A DNA stretch of 63,285 nt, the filler included, from Bipalium vagum (taxonomy: Eukaryota), in the NCBI GenBank assembly GCA_037834085.1. It is 3 parts of 3 records of this genome, joined end to end, with 100 filler letters (N's around TTAATTAATTAA, not from the genome) between each part and the next. Parts side by side here need not be neighbours in the genome. Positions count along the whole stretch, not along the records: positions 45,795 to 63,285 come from JBBMKC010063278.1; 2 more parts are not named here. One strand, written 5' to 3'. Made by a program: the position numbers and the translations under genes. This document shows, piece by piece, positions 52,081 through 63,285 of the stretch; position 1 is the first letter of the stretch; every line of letters starts with the position of its first letter. The notes under the pieces are model-generated. The model was not told where the DNA came from. It did no database searches and saw nothing but the letters and a program-made list of their open reading frames with translations.

Positions 52081-53238
52081 AGATTAATTTTTACTTATTT
52101 AAATTATTTATTTTTAACTTCAAAAATAATAATAAATATTTTCTTAAAAACACATTCAGACAGAGCTAATTATTTAATTAAGAAATTTTATTACATCCCG
52201 TTCTAAATAATTTTCTGTCTTTTCTGAGTTACAATCTCTCCAATTTTAGTCTGGTCCTTTTAAATTGTACTCTCTCATCAATATTCTCTAATATATTTGA
52301 AAATGTTCTAATCGAATCTGATATTTATTTAATACTAATTTTTATTTCAGGTGTTTTTTTTTTAAATATAAAAATGTTTCGTTTAACGAAATTCTGAATT
52401 ATAATTCAAAAATTATAAACAAAAAAACAAAAGGTTTCACACGAATATTGATAACTTAAAATATCATAAAGTCGATAAAAATTATTTTAAGTTCTCACAT
52501 TGAAACGGATTTTATATGACAGACAACTTATTTATGTTAAAGAAAAGAAAATAAAAGAATAGTTGTTAAAAATTATCTAAACAAGTACTTCACGTAACAA
52601 AATTGATTTTAAATAGAGATTTCCAAAGAATTACTTCAAGAGAAATTGACACAAAAGTGTAAAATAATTAATTAAAAATAAAATATGATCTGAAATCGAT
52701 TAAACATTAAATTTGGAATTGAAGTCTGTAAAAAGAAAGAAATTTTATCCAATTACAATTCAGTTCTTTAACTAGGCGGTCTTTCATTGACGTCATCGAA
52801 ACACACAGATGAACACACACAGATGCTAACATTTAACACAATAAAATAACTAATCAATAGAACAAATTTTTTTTTCTTTTGTGGGTATGTTTGTGTGTGT
52901 TGTGTATGTAGTCTTTTCACTGTTACTTACAAAAATGCATAGTCGACAGAGAAAATAAAATTACCACGAGTGACATTTTATTTTTAAAAATCAACTGTCG
53001 ATAATGTACTTTTGTTTTTCAACAGTTTCACTCTTTAATTCATTTTTAATTGATTTCAGTTTTTTTGTTAAATGTATTCTTTTGTAAATTATGTCGATAG
53101 TGAATTGTACAAAATATTTTAATTAGATTAATAGAAAATATAGAAATACTTTATTATTGGATTCTAAGTTATGAGTGCTAAAAATAAACATTTTAGTCCC
53201 ATCATAATTAATTTATGAGATTAATTGAAAATTAGTCG

Positions 53239-53285
53239 GAGTATGTAGCTCAGCGGTCAGAGCAGTCGATGCGCATGTGAAAGGT
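53239..53285 (+). pseudogene. tRNA-like 5' half (A box and D-arm only), probable SINE head or pseudo-tRNA
   Basis: TAGCTCAGCGGTCAGAGCA forms a D-arm; no anticodon stem, B box or acceptor 3' strand. Confidence 0.5.
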
Positions 53286-53718
53286 AAAAATGTAAAACAA
53301 CTTAGCAATCACAATCATTGATCAAAATTTCAAAAATTCCAATAAGTTTTCCCGGGTTGTCACAAACAATAGTTATATAATGCAACTATATTATTCATAA
53401 AATATTATTTTACAATCGATTCAAGAGGCAAAGGTAAAGTTTTTTATGATATAAGAACTCAAAACGAAATTCAGATATACAAAATTGATAACAAATAAAT
53501 ATCTACTGTAATCAAATAGAATCGCTGGACTAAGAGATATAGAAAATCAAAGTTTAGCACTAAATGTTATACCTAGTCAAAGAAGGATAAAACAATAGAA
53601 ACTCTTGATATTTAAGTTTAACTCAAACCTTGATGACCTTCTGGAAATGATACTTAACATTTTCCTCTTCAAAGACCAATCATGGTCTGGGCCTACTTTT
53701 GCCTTCACAGCATAATAA

Positions 53719-54470
53719 TATTGGGTTGAGGAATAAGTTCGTGCAGTTTTTAAAAATTGTATTTAAAGTACTAAAAATTTATTCACAACTTATATTTTAT
53801 AACACATTTATTATAGAACATTTAGCCTATGATATAATGTCCATGATATAATCACTTGCTCTCAGCGGTCCACATCAGATGCACAAACAGTAGCCCGAAA
53901 ATCTTTTTTCTTTTGACTGAGATCTGGCGGAATCCATGTGCCGAGCTTTTGAACTTTTCCTAATGTGTGCAAATAATTAAGGACTGCCTTATGATGATAG
54001 TTCATTTTCTCTGCTATTTCTCGTGTTGTTTAGAAATTTTCCTCCTTGAGAAAGACCAATAAACTTTGATCATCGAAATCAATTGGGCCCCCAGCCCGAC
54101 AGGCGTCATCCAAAGAAAAAATGTTTGATTTGAAACGGGAAAACCACTTTCTAGATGTTCTATCTGCTATAAATTTCTTAGAATCTTTGTTTATGTTTCT
54201 GGATGCATGAGAGGCAGTTGAACCACGACTAAATTCAAAAAAGGTGTCGGACACGAATTTATTCCTAAACCCAATAACATAAGGTAATTGACAATAACAA
54301 TGTCATTTTATTGATGATTATCATTCACAGTGGTATGAATTTATTATTACTACATTATCGAACCTTGTTAATTTGGCTTTTATCTCCTAAAGTTAAATTA
54401 AATTAAATAATGCAAAAATATTTCAAGATAATGCGAAAAGTGCAAAAATGTATTTGGTTGGCCTATTTTT
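53719..54470 (-). mobile_element. Mariner remnant with TIR
   Basis: ORF 54030-54254 FEFSRGSTASHASRNIN..RTSRKWFSRFKS..SLDDACRAGGP; WIP motif; TIR TATTGGGTTGAGGAATAAGTTCG. Confidence 0.88.
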
Positions 54471-56281
54471 TAATCATTAACCAAAACAATATTTAAAGTC
54501 CATTGACACTCTAAAGGAATAGAAATATTTGATCATCAATTTTCTCTTCAAGATAATAAACTACCTTTTTAATAAAATTTTTTAATTATACTCTTTACGG
54601 CTTAAAAATAAAGTAATATTATATATAATATAAAGAAATAGTCAAATGATGAAAAAATCACTGTAATAAAATTTAATCTAAAATGAATACACAGATAATT
54701 AGTTTAATAATAATAATAATGGAATTAGTGTGCCATTAAACTATTTTTTAAAAAGTATTAATCATCATTATTTGTTATATTAGGCGGGTACAAAAATAAT
54801 GTTATTTTTTTATTTATTTAACTTAATAGATTTATAAGTAGATGTTTAAATAGTGACATTTATACTTTAAAAACATTATTTTTCCACCTAATAAGATCAT
54901 TTGACACATTGTACTTTATATGGAAAAATTTTCTCAAACCAACTATGGGATTTCTTCCATAGGTTGACATAAAAAATTGGCTTTTGTTTCTCCCTTAAAT
55001 GGTGCTTTTATAATTTTTAATAAAATTTAACAAAAATTCTTATTTTGTACAAACCATTTCGAGAACATTCAAAATTTTTTCATAACTCAGTGTATTTAAG
55101 ATCTTAAATTTTACTTTACAGATAGAAAAAAGTTATTTTATTATTTTATCCATTTTTCAAAAATTTAGTGTGCAAAAAACTTTACCATTTTGAAAAACAA
55201 TACGAAATGTGTGACCAAACCAATTTCCATCAATGTTTGCATAATATATTATACATAGGGTTAAAAAAAATTATAGATTTTTTTCTGTTATGTAATTTTG
55301 TTAATTATAGCAAAACTCAAAAAAATTATGAATGTAAAAAGCGGGCACCATTTAAAAATGTTTTTAGAATATATATTTTTTTAATTAAAAAAACGTGTTT
55401 CTGCAATTTCAATTTAAAAAATTATCGAATTATCAAAAAATAAGAAATAATAAAATAGAACTAAAAAATTGTATATTTTATATTACCTAAAAAGTTAATA
55501 ATGAAAGTAAAATAAACTAAAACTGAAATATTACGATTTGTTATCGTAAACAAGAATATATTAATATCACCACAGTTAACTTAAAAGAACATTGGTGTAT
55601 TTCAGGTGACTGGAGATAATAAATTTACTGTGATAACCGTCGATAGAGCATAAGATTTCAATAGAAAACAGTGCCATTCTTCTAGTAGACAATGAAGGAT
55701 TATTTTTAAATACAATAATTTTTTTCTTGATGGGACTTTAATGTTTAACAGAAGAAAATAGTTTGATAAATAGAATCTATAATATTTTTTGTCTTTAGTC
55801 TTGTTAAAAATAAACATTGTTATTTAATATGTAAAATATTAAAACAAACAAATTTTACAATAAATCAATTTTTTGAATTCAATATTTTGGGTCAATTCTA
55901 TCGTCAAATCTATTTACAGAAAATACAAAGGGAAATTTTAAATGAAACGACCTTATTAATCAAATACATAGTCATCATTTTTCTCTAAATTAGAGGAAAT
56001 AAAGTATCTGAAAATCGAGCAAACTTTAGCAATGATAAAAGTAATAATAAAAAAAAGAATGAAAATCTATTATAAATGATAAGAATCAAGTAAAAATAAT
56101 ATATAAGGAAATATTTAAGGAAATGATAACATTATGAATTCAAGCACAATAATATGGTTTATAAAATATTTTTAGTTGACTCCAAAGCTGTACTAATTTT
56201 TCTAACAAATATATGATGTTAGTTAAATATTTATTACAAAGACCAAATCGAATATATTAATATTAATCCTTATTAATAGTA

Positions 56282-57180
56282 TATTGGGTTGTTCAGAAAG
56301 TTTTGGACGTTTTTTGAACATTAATTTTATAACATCATAAGTCAGTCGAAACAAAATGCTTATTTATTAAAATAAAAACTATTAGCGTTTACACACTTCT
56401 GCCAAAGAATTGGTAGATTTTCCGGTTCTTTTTTGTTTAAGGAACACACTTATTAAGGAACACACGCCAATTCCATTCATATGCGATAGAATTCGGTAGA
56501 CCTACAGGCGATGAACTGTCCAAATTCCCTTTTTAGCACCTCTACGTTCTGAAATCTTTTTACATTCAAATAATTTTGTAAATATTTAAATAAATGAAAA
56601 TCAGTTGGCGAGAGACGATGGATGTGGCAGAATTTCATAATTTAAGTTTTACAGTTTATCCACGGTTTCCTTTTCTATATGAGGACAGGCACTGTCATGA
56701 AATAGAATTGGAACTTTTCTATTGATAAATGCTGGCTATATAATTTTTTAAACTGTTTTTTCATAATATCAATTTCTAAGTAGCATTCATCTGTTGTTAT
56801 CATTTCTTCCGTTTTCAGGTAATCACAATGAATCATTCCTTTTGAACACAACCATGTCATAACCATTATCTTCTTTTCTTATTGATTCGATTTTTGAAAT
56901 GACTTAGACATTCACAGATGTCTATCAACTACACTGAACATTTAATATTATTATACAGAACCATTTTTCATCGCATCTTACTTTTGTCAAATTTTCTTAT
57001 TGTTGTTCGCGTATCCTTTCCACTAAATCCTTTAAATCTTTGTCATCAGTTTTATAAGCACGGCCAATTAGTTTTACATCTTCAAGCAAAAAAATTTCCA
57101 CTGATGTACAGTACCATGTCTCCAAACTTCATTTAGCTTTTAAAGCAGTTTCAGCTGCTTTTGAACCAGTCAAAATTTTC
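56282..57180 (-). mobile_element. Mariner remnant with TIR
   Basis: KIMVMTWLCSKGMIHCDYLKTEEMITTDECY, SPTDFHLF; TIR TATTGGGTTGTTCAGAAAG. Confidence 0.85.
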
Positions 57181-57899
57181 GATTGATAAAAAATTTGATT
57201 AAAAAATTATTAAAATATATGTAACACATGTCTCGATTTTTTTCCAGTTTTTCATTCGTTAATATTGATATTAATTTTGACATTTTAATTAATTTAATGA
57301 TGGTATCATTTTTAAATAAGATATTTTATTAAATGGTGGTTCTTTAAAAATTTTTTATAATAATTCAAAAATCTGATTCATCATTATTATGCAAATTTCT
57401 CATAATTACTCATAATTCCTCTGCACTAACTTAACCGTTTTACATAACTCAATTCATTGAATGACTTTGAAGTCTTAACTAGTTCAAATTAATTGAGAAT
57501 GATAATTATGAGAAGAAATCAGATAATGAGAAATTGGTATCCTTCCATATATTTAATCTTTTCACCAATATTCCTATTTTGAAAAAATATGATTTTTACA
57601 TAATGAGAAATGAAATGAAGACATCATGGATGATATAACCAATCGATTGTTATAACTAATAATTATTAGGGGTTAGTGCAAAAGATGCTTCTTTTATTTG
57701 TAATAAATAGTTGTATAACCAAACAAATGAAGATGAATTTTTTTTTATAAAAGGAAGAAAAACAGAGATCAATTTAAAAACAAGGAAAGTTTAAAAATTA
57801 ATGGATTGTCAGTGTGTTCTCTGATTAGCTAAGAATATTAGTAAAAAAATTTAAAGAATCAAAAATTTATAAAATATTTTAATTAAAAATGATACTTTC

Positions 57900-58270
57900 G
57901 TCCACTAGGCCCTGAAGTATCACCTTTAGATTCCCAAACACAACGGGAATTATTTCATAATCCTGACGCATCAACATTACTGAGTTAATTAAAAAAAAGT
58001 AACTTAAAAGTTAAAAAAATTTTCTGACTCTTTCGAATAATTTTCAATAATTATCGAACAGTTTGAATGTCCTTTCTTCCAGAATTTCCTGTTTTCTTCT
58101 CCTACCTTTCCTAAGGGACCCCGACTTATATAGAAATTGAGATTGGACAACGGCTGCCAATCCCTACTCTATAATTCCCTAAAAACGATTAAATTACTAT
58201 TTTGATACCTCTGGACAAAACTGTCCAATGACACAATCTCGATGTCAAGATTGTGTTTTCTTTATTACTT
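57900..58270 (-). repeat. Second copy of the LTR-like promoter module
   Basis: Blocks homologous to 37540-37567 and 37764-37810. Confidence 0.5.
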
Positions 58271-58839
58271 TTTAATGATAGAATTATTATTAATACTTAA
58301 GTATTAATTAAAAGACTTATAAAATAATAATAATAATAATAATAATAGTAATAAAATAATATTATTAATATAAGAATAATAATTAATTATAACATAATAA
58401 TCAAACACTTAACAATAATATGAGAAACGCCTTGAATAAATAAAGTTTGGTGAGTGTTAATGCTTATCAAGTATTAAGTTTCCAATAATGGAATTTCCTA
58501 TTTTGGAAGATTTTTCTAATATAGGAGCCAGATTTGTGTACCGGCTTTGTCATTTCACTAGCAGAGGCAATATATATAAATTTGAGGGAAAATCCACTGT
58601 AGCTGGTCTAAAAGTAAATAGAATTGTGTGTTAAGCTAATTAAAAAATTTTTGAAGGACGAAAAAATTGAGTGTTTTAATTTAATTTTGCGAAGCTAGAG
58701 AAGAAACGCGAAGATTGCTAAAATTTTTGGGTTTGCAAAGACATCCCTCTAAATTATAAAGATCTCAATAGGGTCTGATAATAATAATTCAAATAATTAT
58801 AATTAAGTAATAACATAATTTCAAATAATAAATAAAGCA

Positions 58840-58913
<74 letters not shown>
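58840..58913. repeat. (TAA)n microsatellite
   Basis: Uninterrupted AAT run. Confidence 0.95.
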
Positions 58914-58914
<1 letters not shown>

Positions 58915-59535
58915 TTTTCGACTAAAAATGAAATTAACGTTTCCTGATTAGAAAATTCTCCAACTTAACAATTAATTTATATTTTTTCTCCTCAGTTAAC
59001 TTTTTTCTCACTATTTTTAGTGACTGGAATGGGCGTTTTACATCAACCTCTTTTATTGGTGTTTGATTCTGATAAAGGTACACTAACACATTGACCATTT
59101 TTATCATATATTTTTTTATTGTTATTGAACTATCGTCACTTATTTTCTCTTCTATAAACTTCTTATTCTTTTTACCTACTGTCTGACGTATTGGACAAAA
59201 ATAGAATTATGATTGAATGTAATATTGTTAAGGGAGCTTAATATAATGGTTAAAAACTTACTTTATAATTGATTTTCGAAGTAATGCGGATATAGAATAA
59301 TAGTAAAAAGACTAAAATTTTCAAGTTAATATCCGATAATTTAAAAACAATAAATAATATGATTTGGTAATAGAAATTATTTTTAAAATTTAATTAAAAC
59401 AAGTTTCAAATATAAAAAAAATTAAAAAAGTTATTTATAAATTTTTTTTAAAAATATCTCAAAGATAAAAATATTTGGATTGTATTACCTTACCAAATAT
59501 TTATTTAAAAATGAGTGAGTTTTTTTATTTTATAG

Positions 59536-60230
59536 ATGATATTCAAAAAATTTAATCATCAGAGAAATGTACTCTCATATTTTAGAATTTTAATAATCGG
59601 CCTAAGATGTTCTGGAAAAACAGAATTATTATTTAAAATGTTATTAACTTCAAATTATATGAATATTACAAGAAGACATAATAAATGTGTTCTGTTATGT
59701 ATTTATCTCAATTTTTTTTATTTAAAATTTAAAAAGCTGATAAAAATCATTTCTTAAATTTATTTAAAGAAAAAAAAGATTTAAATTATTTTTTTAATGA
59801 TCATACGAAATATAAAAAATATAATAAAAATATAAATAATTTTTATAAATTTAGAAGAAGAAAAAGTTTTATAATACGCTTTTAGATAATTGTAAAAATA
59901 TAATTATAAACATTTTATTTTTTAAACCTTTTTTATTTTATTAAAAACCTAAAAAATGTAACTTTAAAAAATATTTAAATTTGAAAAAATATTTATTATC
60001 CAGATTTAACAAAAAAAAGGTATGATTATTTAGAAATTTTTTTAATTCAATAACTGCAACAAATTTTTAATAAAAATGGAAATTTAACTTCTTTATTATA
60101 CGAACAGCAATTGCTGTATATTTATCAGAACCTTTATTAGCTTTTATAATTAACGTAGAAGATATAAAGTAGATGAGAATATAACACTAGAAAATAATTT
60201 ATTTCCGTATTTATTTTCGAATTAAATTTT
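59536..60230 (+). mobile_element. Polinton/adintovirus A32/FtsK-like packaging ATPase pseudogene
   Basis: FRILIIGLRCSGKTELLFKMLL (Walker A) and a degenerate RTA..VYLS motif at ~60100-60130. Confidence 0.7.
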
Positions 60231-60799
60231 CAAAATAGATTTAACAGTAGAAACAACATAAAATTTAGAACCTTCAAATTAAATAACAAACTTGGTATTA
60301 TTTCAATTTCAAAATCTAATAAAAATTTCAGATAAATTTAATCCATTTTGATTTTCATATTTCACAGAGTTTTCTCAATTTTTTTTAAAAACTTGTTAAT
60401 ATTTATATAAACCTTTATTTTTTTTTATAAATTTTAGGAAACAAAATATGAAACTAAAATTTTTAAAAAATTGTATTTTAATATTTTTAATTAATTTATT
60501 TAGATAATTTTTTTAGAAAATTATTTTCAAACTGATTTTGATAAAATATAGTTTAAATTAAAAGTAAAGGTTGTGAAAATTTAAGAAATATTCTAATTAA
60601 ATTTAATTAATTAAAATTTAATAAACACGTATGCATGTTAAAAATGTTTATGTTTATAAAAAATGCATGTTTAAAAAATAATTAATTAAGATTTCTGAGT
60701 CATCTTTTTAATTTAAAGAGATAAATTAGAAATTAAAAGACAATAACATTTATTTAAACACCAAGCAATAAATATTAATTTATAAAACGTCACGAAATC

Positions 60800-61260
60800 A
60801 TAAATGGCAAAGATTTTACGTTATTCATCATGTTAGGCCAGAAGCTTTGTGTGTTTGTATTTTTTTTTGAGGATTTTTAATATTTAATCTTTAGCTAATT
60901 GTCTGGTGAATATAATATCCAGACTTTGTCAAGCTACATTAGCTTCTCCATTCATCACTCATGATGATAGAACCATCTTTGTATTTTCCTTGAATATAAA
61001 GGCAGCAATGTTACAACAGATAGGTTTTCGATTTGTTGTAAGTATATTTGGCATGGATTTTACGAAACAACAAAGTCTAAAATCTATAATTCGTAGTCAG
61101 GCGTTCTAATCACATGGTATTTAGGTTTACATCGAATTTCATATATTTGAACGACCTTGATCGGAACACCAAGTATTATTTTATGTCTTTCAAAATAATT
61201 TCGACCTCATTTCTTTAATTTTGAAAAAAATTGCAAAACGGCAGATTCTGAAACCCACTG
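60800..61260 (-). mobile_element. Tc1-like remnant, 5' end
   Basis: TIR-like CAGTGGGTTTCAGAATC ending at 61260; degenerate HTH-like frame. Confidence 0.5.
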
Positions 61261-61599
61261 TCTTTGATGGCTGATTTCACAGAACGTTCCTCATTCCACA
61301 TATACGATAAATATAAAGATTTATTGAGATATATTGTGAATTCAGAGAATATGACGTCTGTCAATTTTTTTACGAGATTATAATTGTAGAAACTATAAAA
61401 TTAGGTTTTGTTTAAATGAATAGCTGACGAAAATATTTTAAATCTAGATTTGAAAATTGATTTAATTCGATGTTATTATCACAATGGAAATTCCCATAAA
61501 GCTGCAATTATGGAAAACAAACGCCAAGAAAATAAATAAGTGACCCATGTTCATGTTCTGCATTATCAATTATTATTAATATCAAAAAAGTTTAAGGAA

Positions 61600-61870
61600 A
61601 CTGAAAGTATATGTCAATATATCTCATTGATGGTGTCCTTTTTTGAGGGAACGGAACACAGCTATTAGATGTTCAATTACTGATTATGGATTATAAAACT
61701 TCCAATCGAAGAATATTGCCGGAAACTAATATTCCACCTGCCTCGGTTCGACACATTTAAAAAGAATAGAAGTTTAAACATTTTAAGATGCAGCTGCTCC
61801 ATGAGCTGAAACCAGATGACTATGATCAACGAGCTGCAAACTGCAGGTGGACCCGAAGGTAATGTCGTTT
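61600..61870 (+). mobile_element. rosa/DD41D-like transposase fragment
   Basis: KMQLLHELKPDDYDQRAANCRW. Confidence 0.7.
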
Positions 61871-62599
61871 TTTAAAATAAAATTCAAAAAGTTCAAATTT
61901 GATACAATAATAATACAATATTGTTCTTCCTCGAGTTAATGTTATCTGTTAAATGAAATCATTTTGAGAACATAATATAGGGAAACCTATGATATTCCAT
62001 TTACTGTACATATTATTTAGCATTAATAATATGATTTTTTGTCAATTTTATTCCCTATTTAATTTTTCTTCTCTGTTTTGACACAAACGGTACTAAGTCA
62101 ATTTTATTTAATGAAAATTAATTAATTTATTAATTAAAATGCTTATTTTTTAATATGCTAAAATATTTATAAAGTAAACCGTTTATGCGATTTTGAATTT
62201 TTAAAAGTGAAATCTAATTAAATATTTCTATTATGCATTTTTTTAGAATTTATTTTAATATATTAATGTATATAATCTATATAATAAATAAATATAAATA
62301 ATAAATAAATAAAAGTAATAAAATAAAATTTCATTTTTAAATTTAAAATTTTTTTAAAAAGAAGTGCTCAACTAATTTTAATCGGATTTTTAAAAATAAA
62401 ACCCTTTTAAGAGCTTTTTATAATTTAATTATAAATATTAATTAATTAAACATTTTTAAAACTTAAAAAGTTCTTTTAAAATTTCTAAATTTAAAATCGA
62501 TTTTAGAAGAATCGTTAAATTGATTTTTTAAAAAAACCTGAAAAAATTATTATCCACTTTTTCAGTTTCACAATCACTTAAAACGTATTAAAATTAGAT

Positions 62600-62990
62600 T
62601 TTTTGAAATTCGAATTCCTCTTATGAGAATAATACCAATTTAAGTTTATTTTAGTAAATACTTTGTCAAACTCATAAAATTATCCTAGAAACTGTAATTT
62701 TATTAAACCTCTCTATTTTTTCTCTTGTGGTATGATTTGAAATGTTATTCATTTCATTTATAATTTCAATATCTTCAATATGTTTCTTTTAATTTTTTTG
62801 AAATATATATTTAATATCATGTTTTATCGTAACATGATCTATTCTATTTATTTTAATCAAATAATCTTCAGAAATTGGATTAATACTTAATTCATGTTTT
62901 TCATTATAATTATTAATAACTTCATCATAATTTTCTAATCCTTAATCAATATTTGTTTCAGGTCTATAAAATTGCGACAGAATTTGTTTT
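62600..62990 (-). mobile_element. Second PLA2X pseudogene (Polinton/adintovirus fossil)
   Basis: NFI(fs)PETNID*GLENYDEVINNYNE..LSINPI..INRIDHVTIKHDIKY..HIEDIEII..TTREKIER; homologous to 38657-39000. Confidence 0.72.
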
Positions 62991-63285
62991 ATTAAAAGAA
63001 TATAAAGATTTTTAATGCAATTTTCATAAATATTTCCTGTTGTTAATTTATTGTTTGTACTCGATTCAAACTTTATTATAATTAAAAAATTCTGAATAAT
63101 TTAGAGTTTGAATTTTAGTTATTTTTAGTATTTTTAGTATTACTATACAGGGTGCGTGCGATATTTTCGGAATAAATTTGAACGTTAAATACAATGTTAT
63201 TTTAATTCTGTCATTAAAAATTTAAATCAGTTTTATATAAAGAAAAGTATGTATTACAAAAATCCATTACAAAATAAAACATTTG

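Noticed and set aside
1-63285. CRISPR arrays, rRNA, intact tRNA, spliced-leader RNA or prokaryotic operons
   Set aside because: None seen. The window is eukaryotic with spliceosomal introns, and its repeats are microsatellites or transposon-derived.

Overview
Very AT-rich eukaryotic genomic DNA with short GT-AG introns (40-65 nt), (TAA)n microsatellites, dense decayed transposons and two 100-nt assembly gaps. A freshwater planarian-like flatworm is inferred, not proven. Host genes: (1) a Jagged/Serrate Notch ligand on +, with 14 exons traced by hand (5815-23011, 3261 nt in frame: end of C2/MNNL, DSL, 16 EGF repeats, VWC/cysteine-rich region, TM, short tail; its 5' exons probably lie upstream of the window); (2) a possible LAMP-like glycoprotein gene from 25897; (3) a small single-exon four-TM claudin/PMP22-like gene (35501-35959); (4) an intronless TM9SF1 (40738-42567). 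Intergenic DNA and introns carry mariner, Tc1, pogo and hAT-Buster remnants, a Tc1-type MITE and three 3' ends of RLE-type non-LTR retrotransposons. Most notable observations: scattered fossils of a Polinton/adintovirus-type endogenous DNA virus (two parvovirus-type PLA2 genes, one followed by an integrase N-terminus, plus packaging ATPase, pPolB C-terminus and a possible capsid fragment); a Jagged DSL domain missing the canonical RPRDDxF Notch-contact loop; a Penelope-type hammerhead ribozyme motif in sense orientation inside a Jagged intron; and a conserved repeated CCAAT/TATA/splice-donor module. All family assignments come from manual translation and recalled motifs, not database searches.
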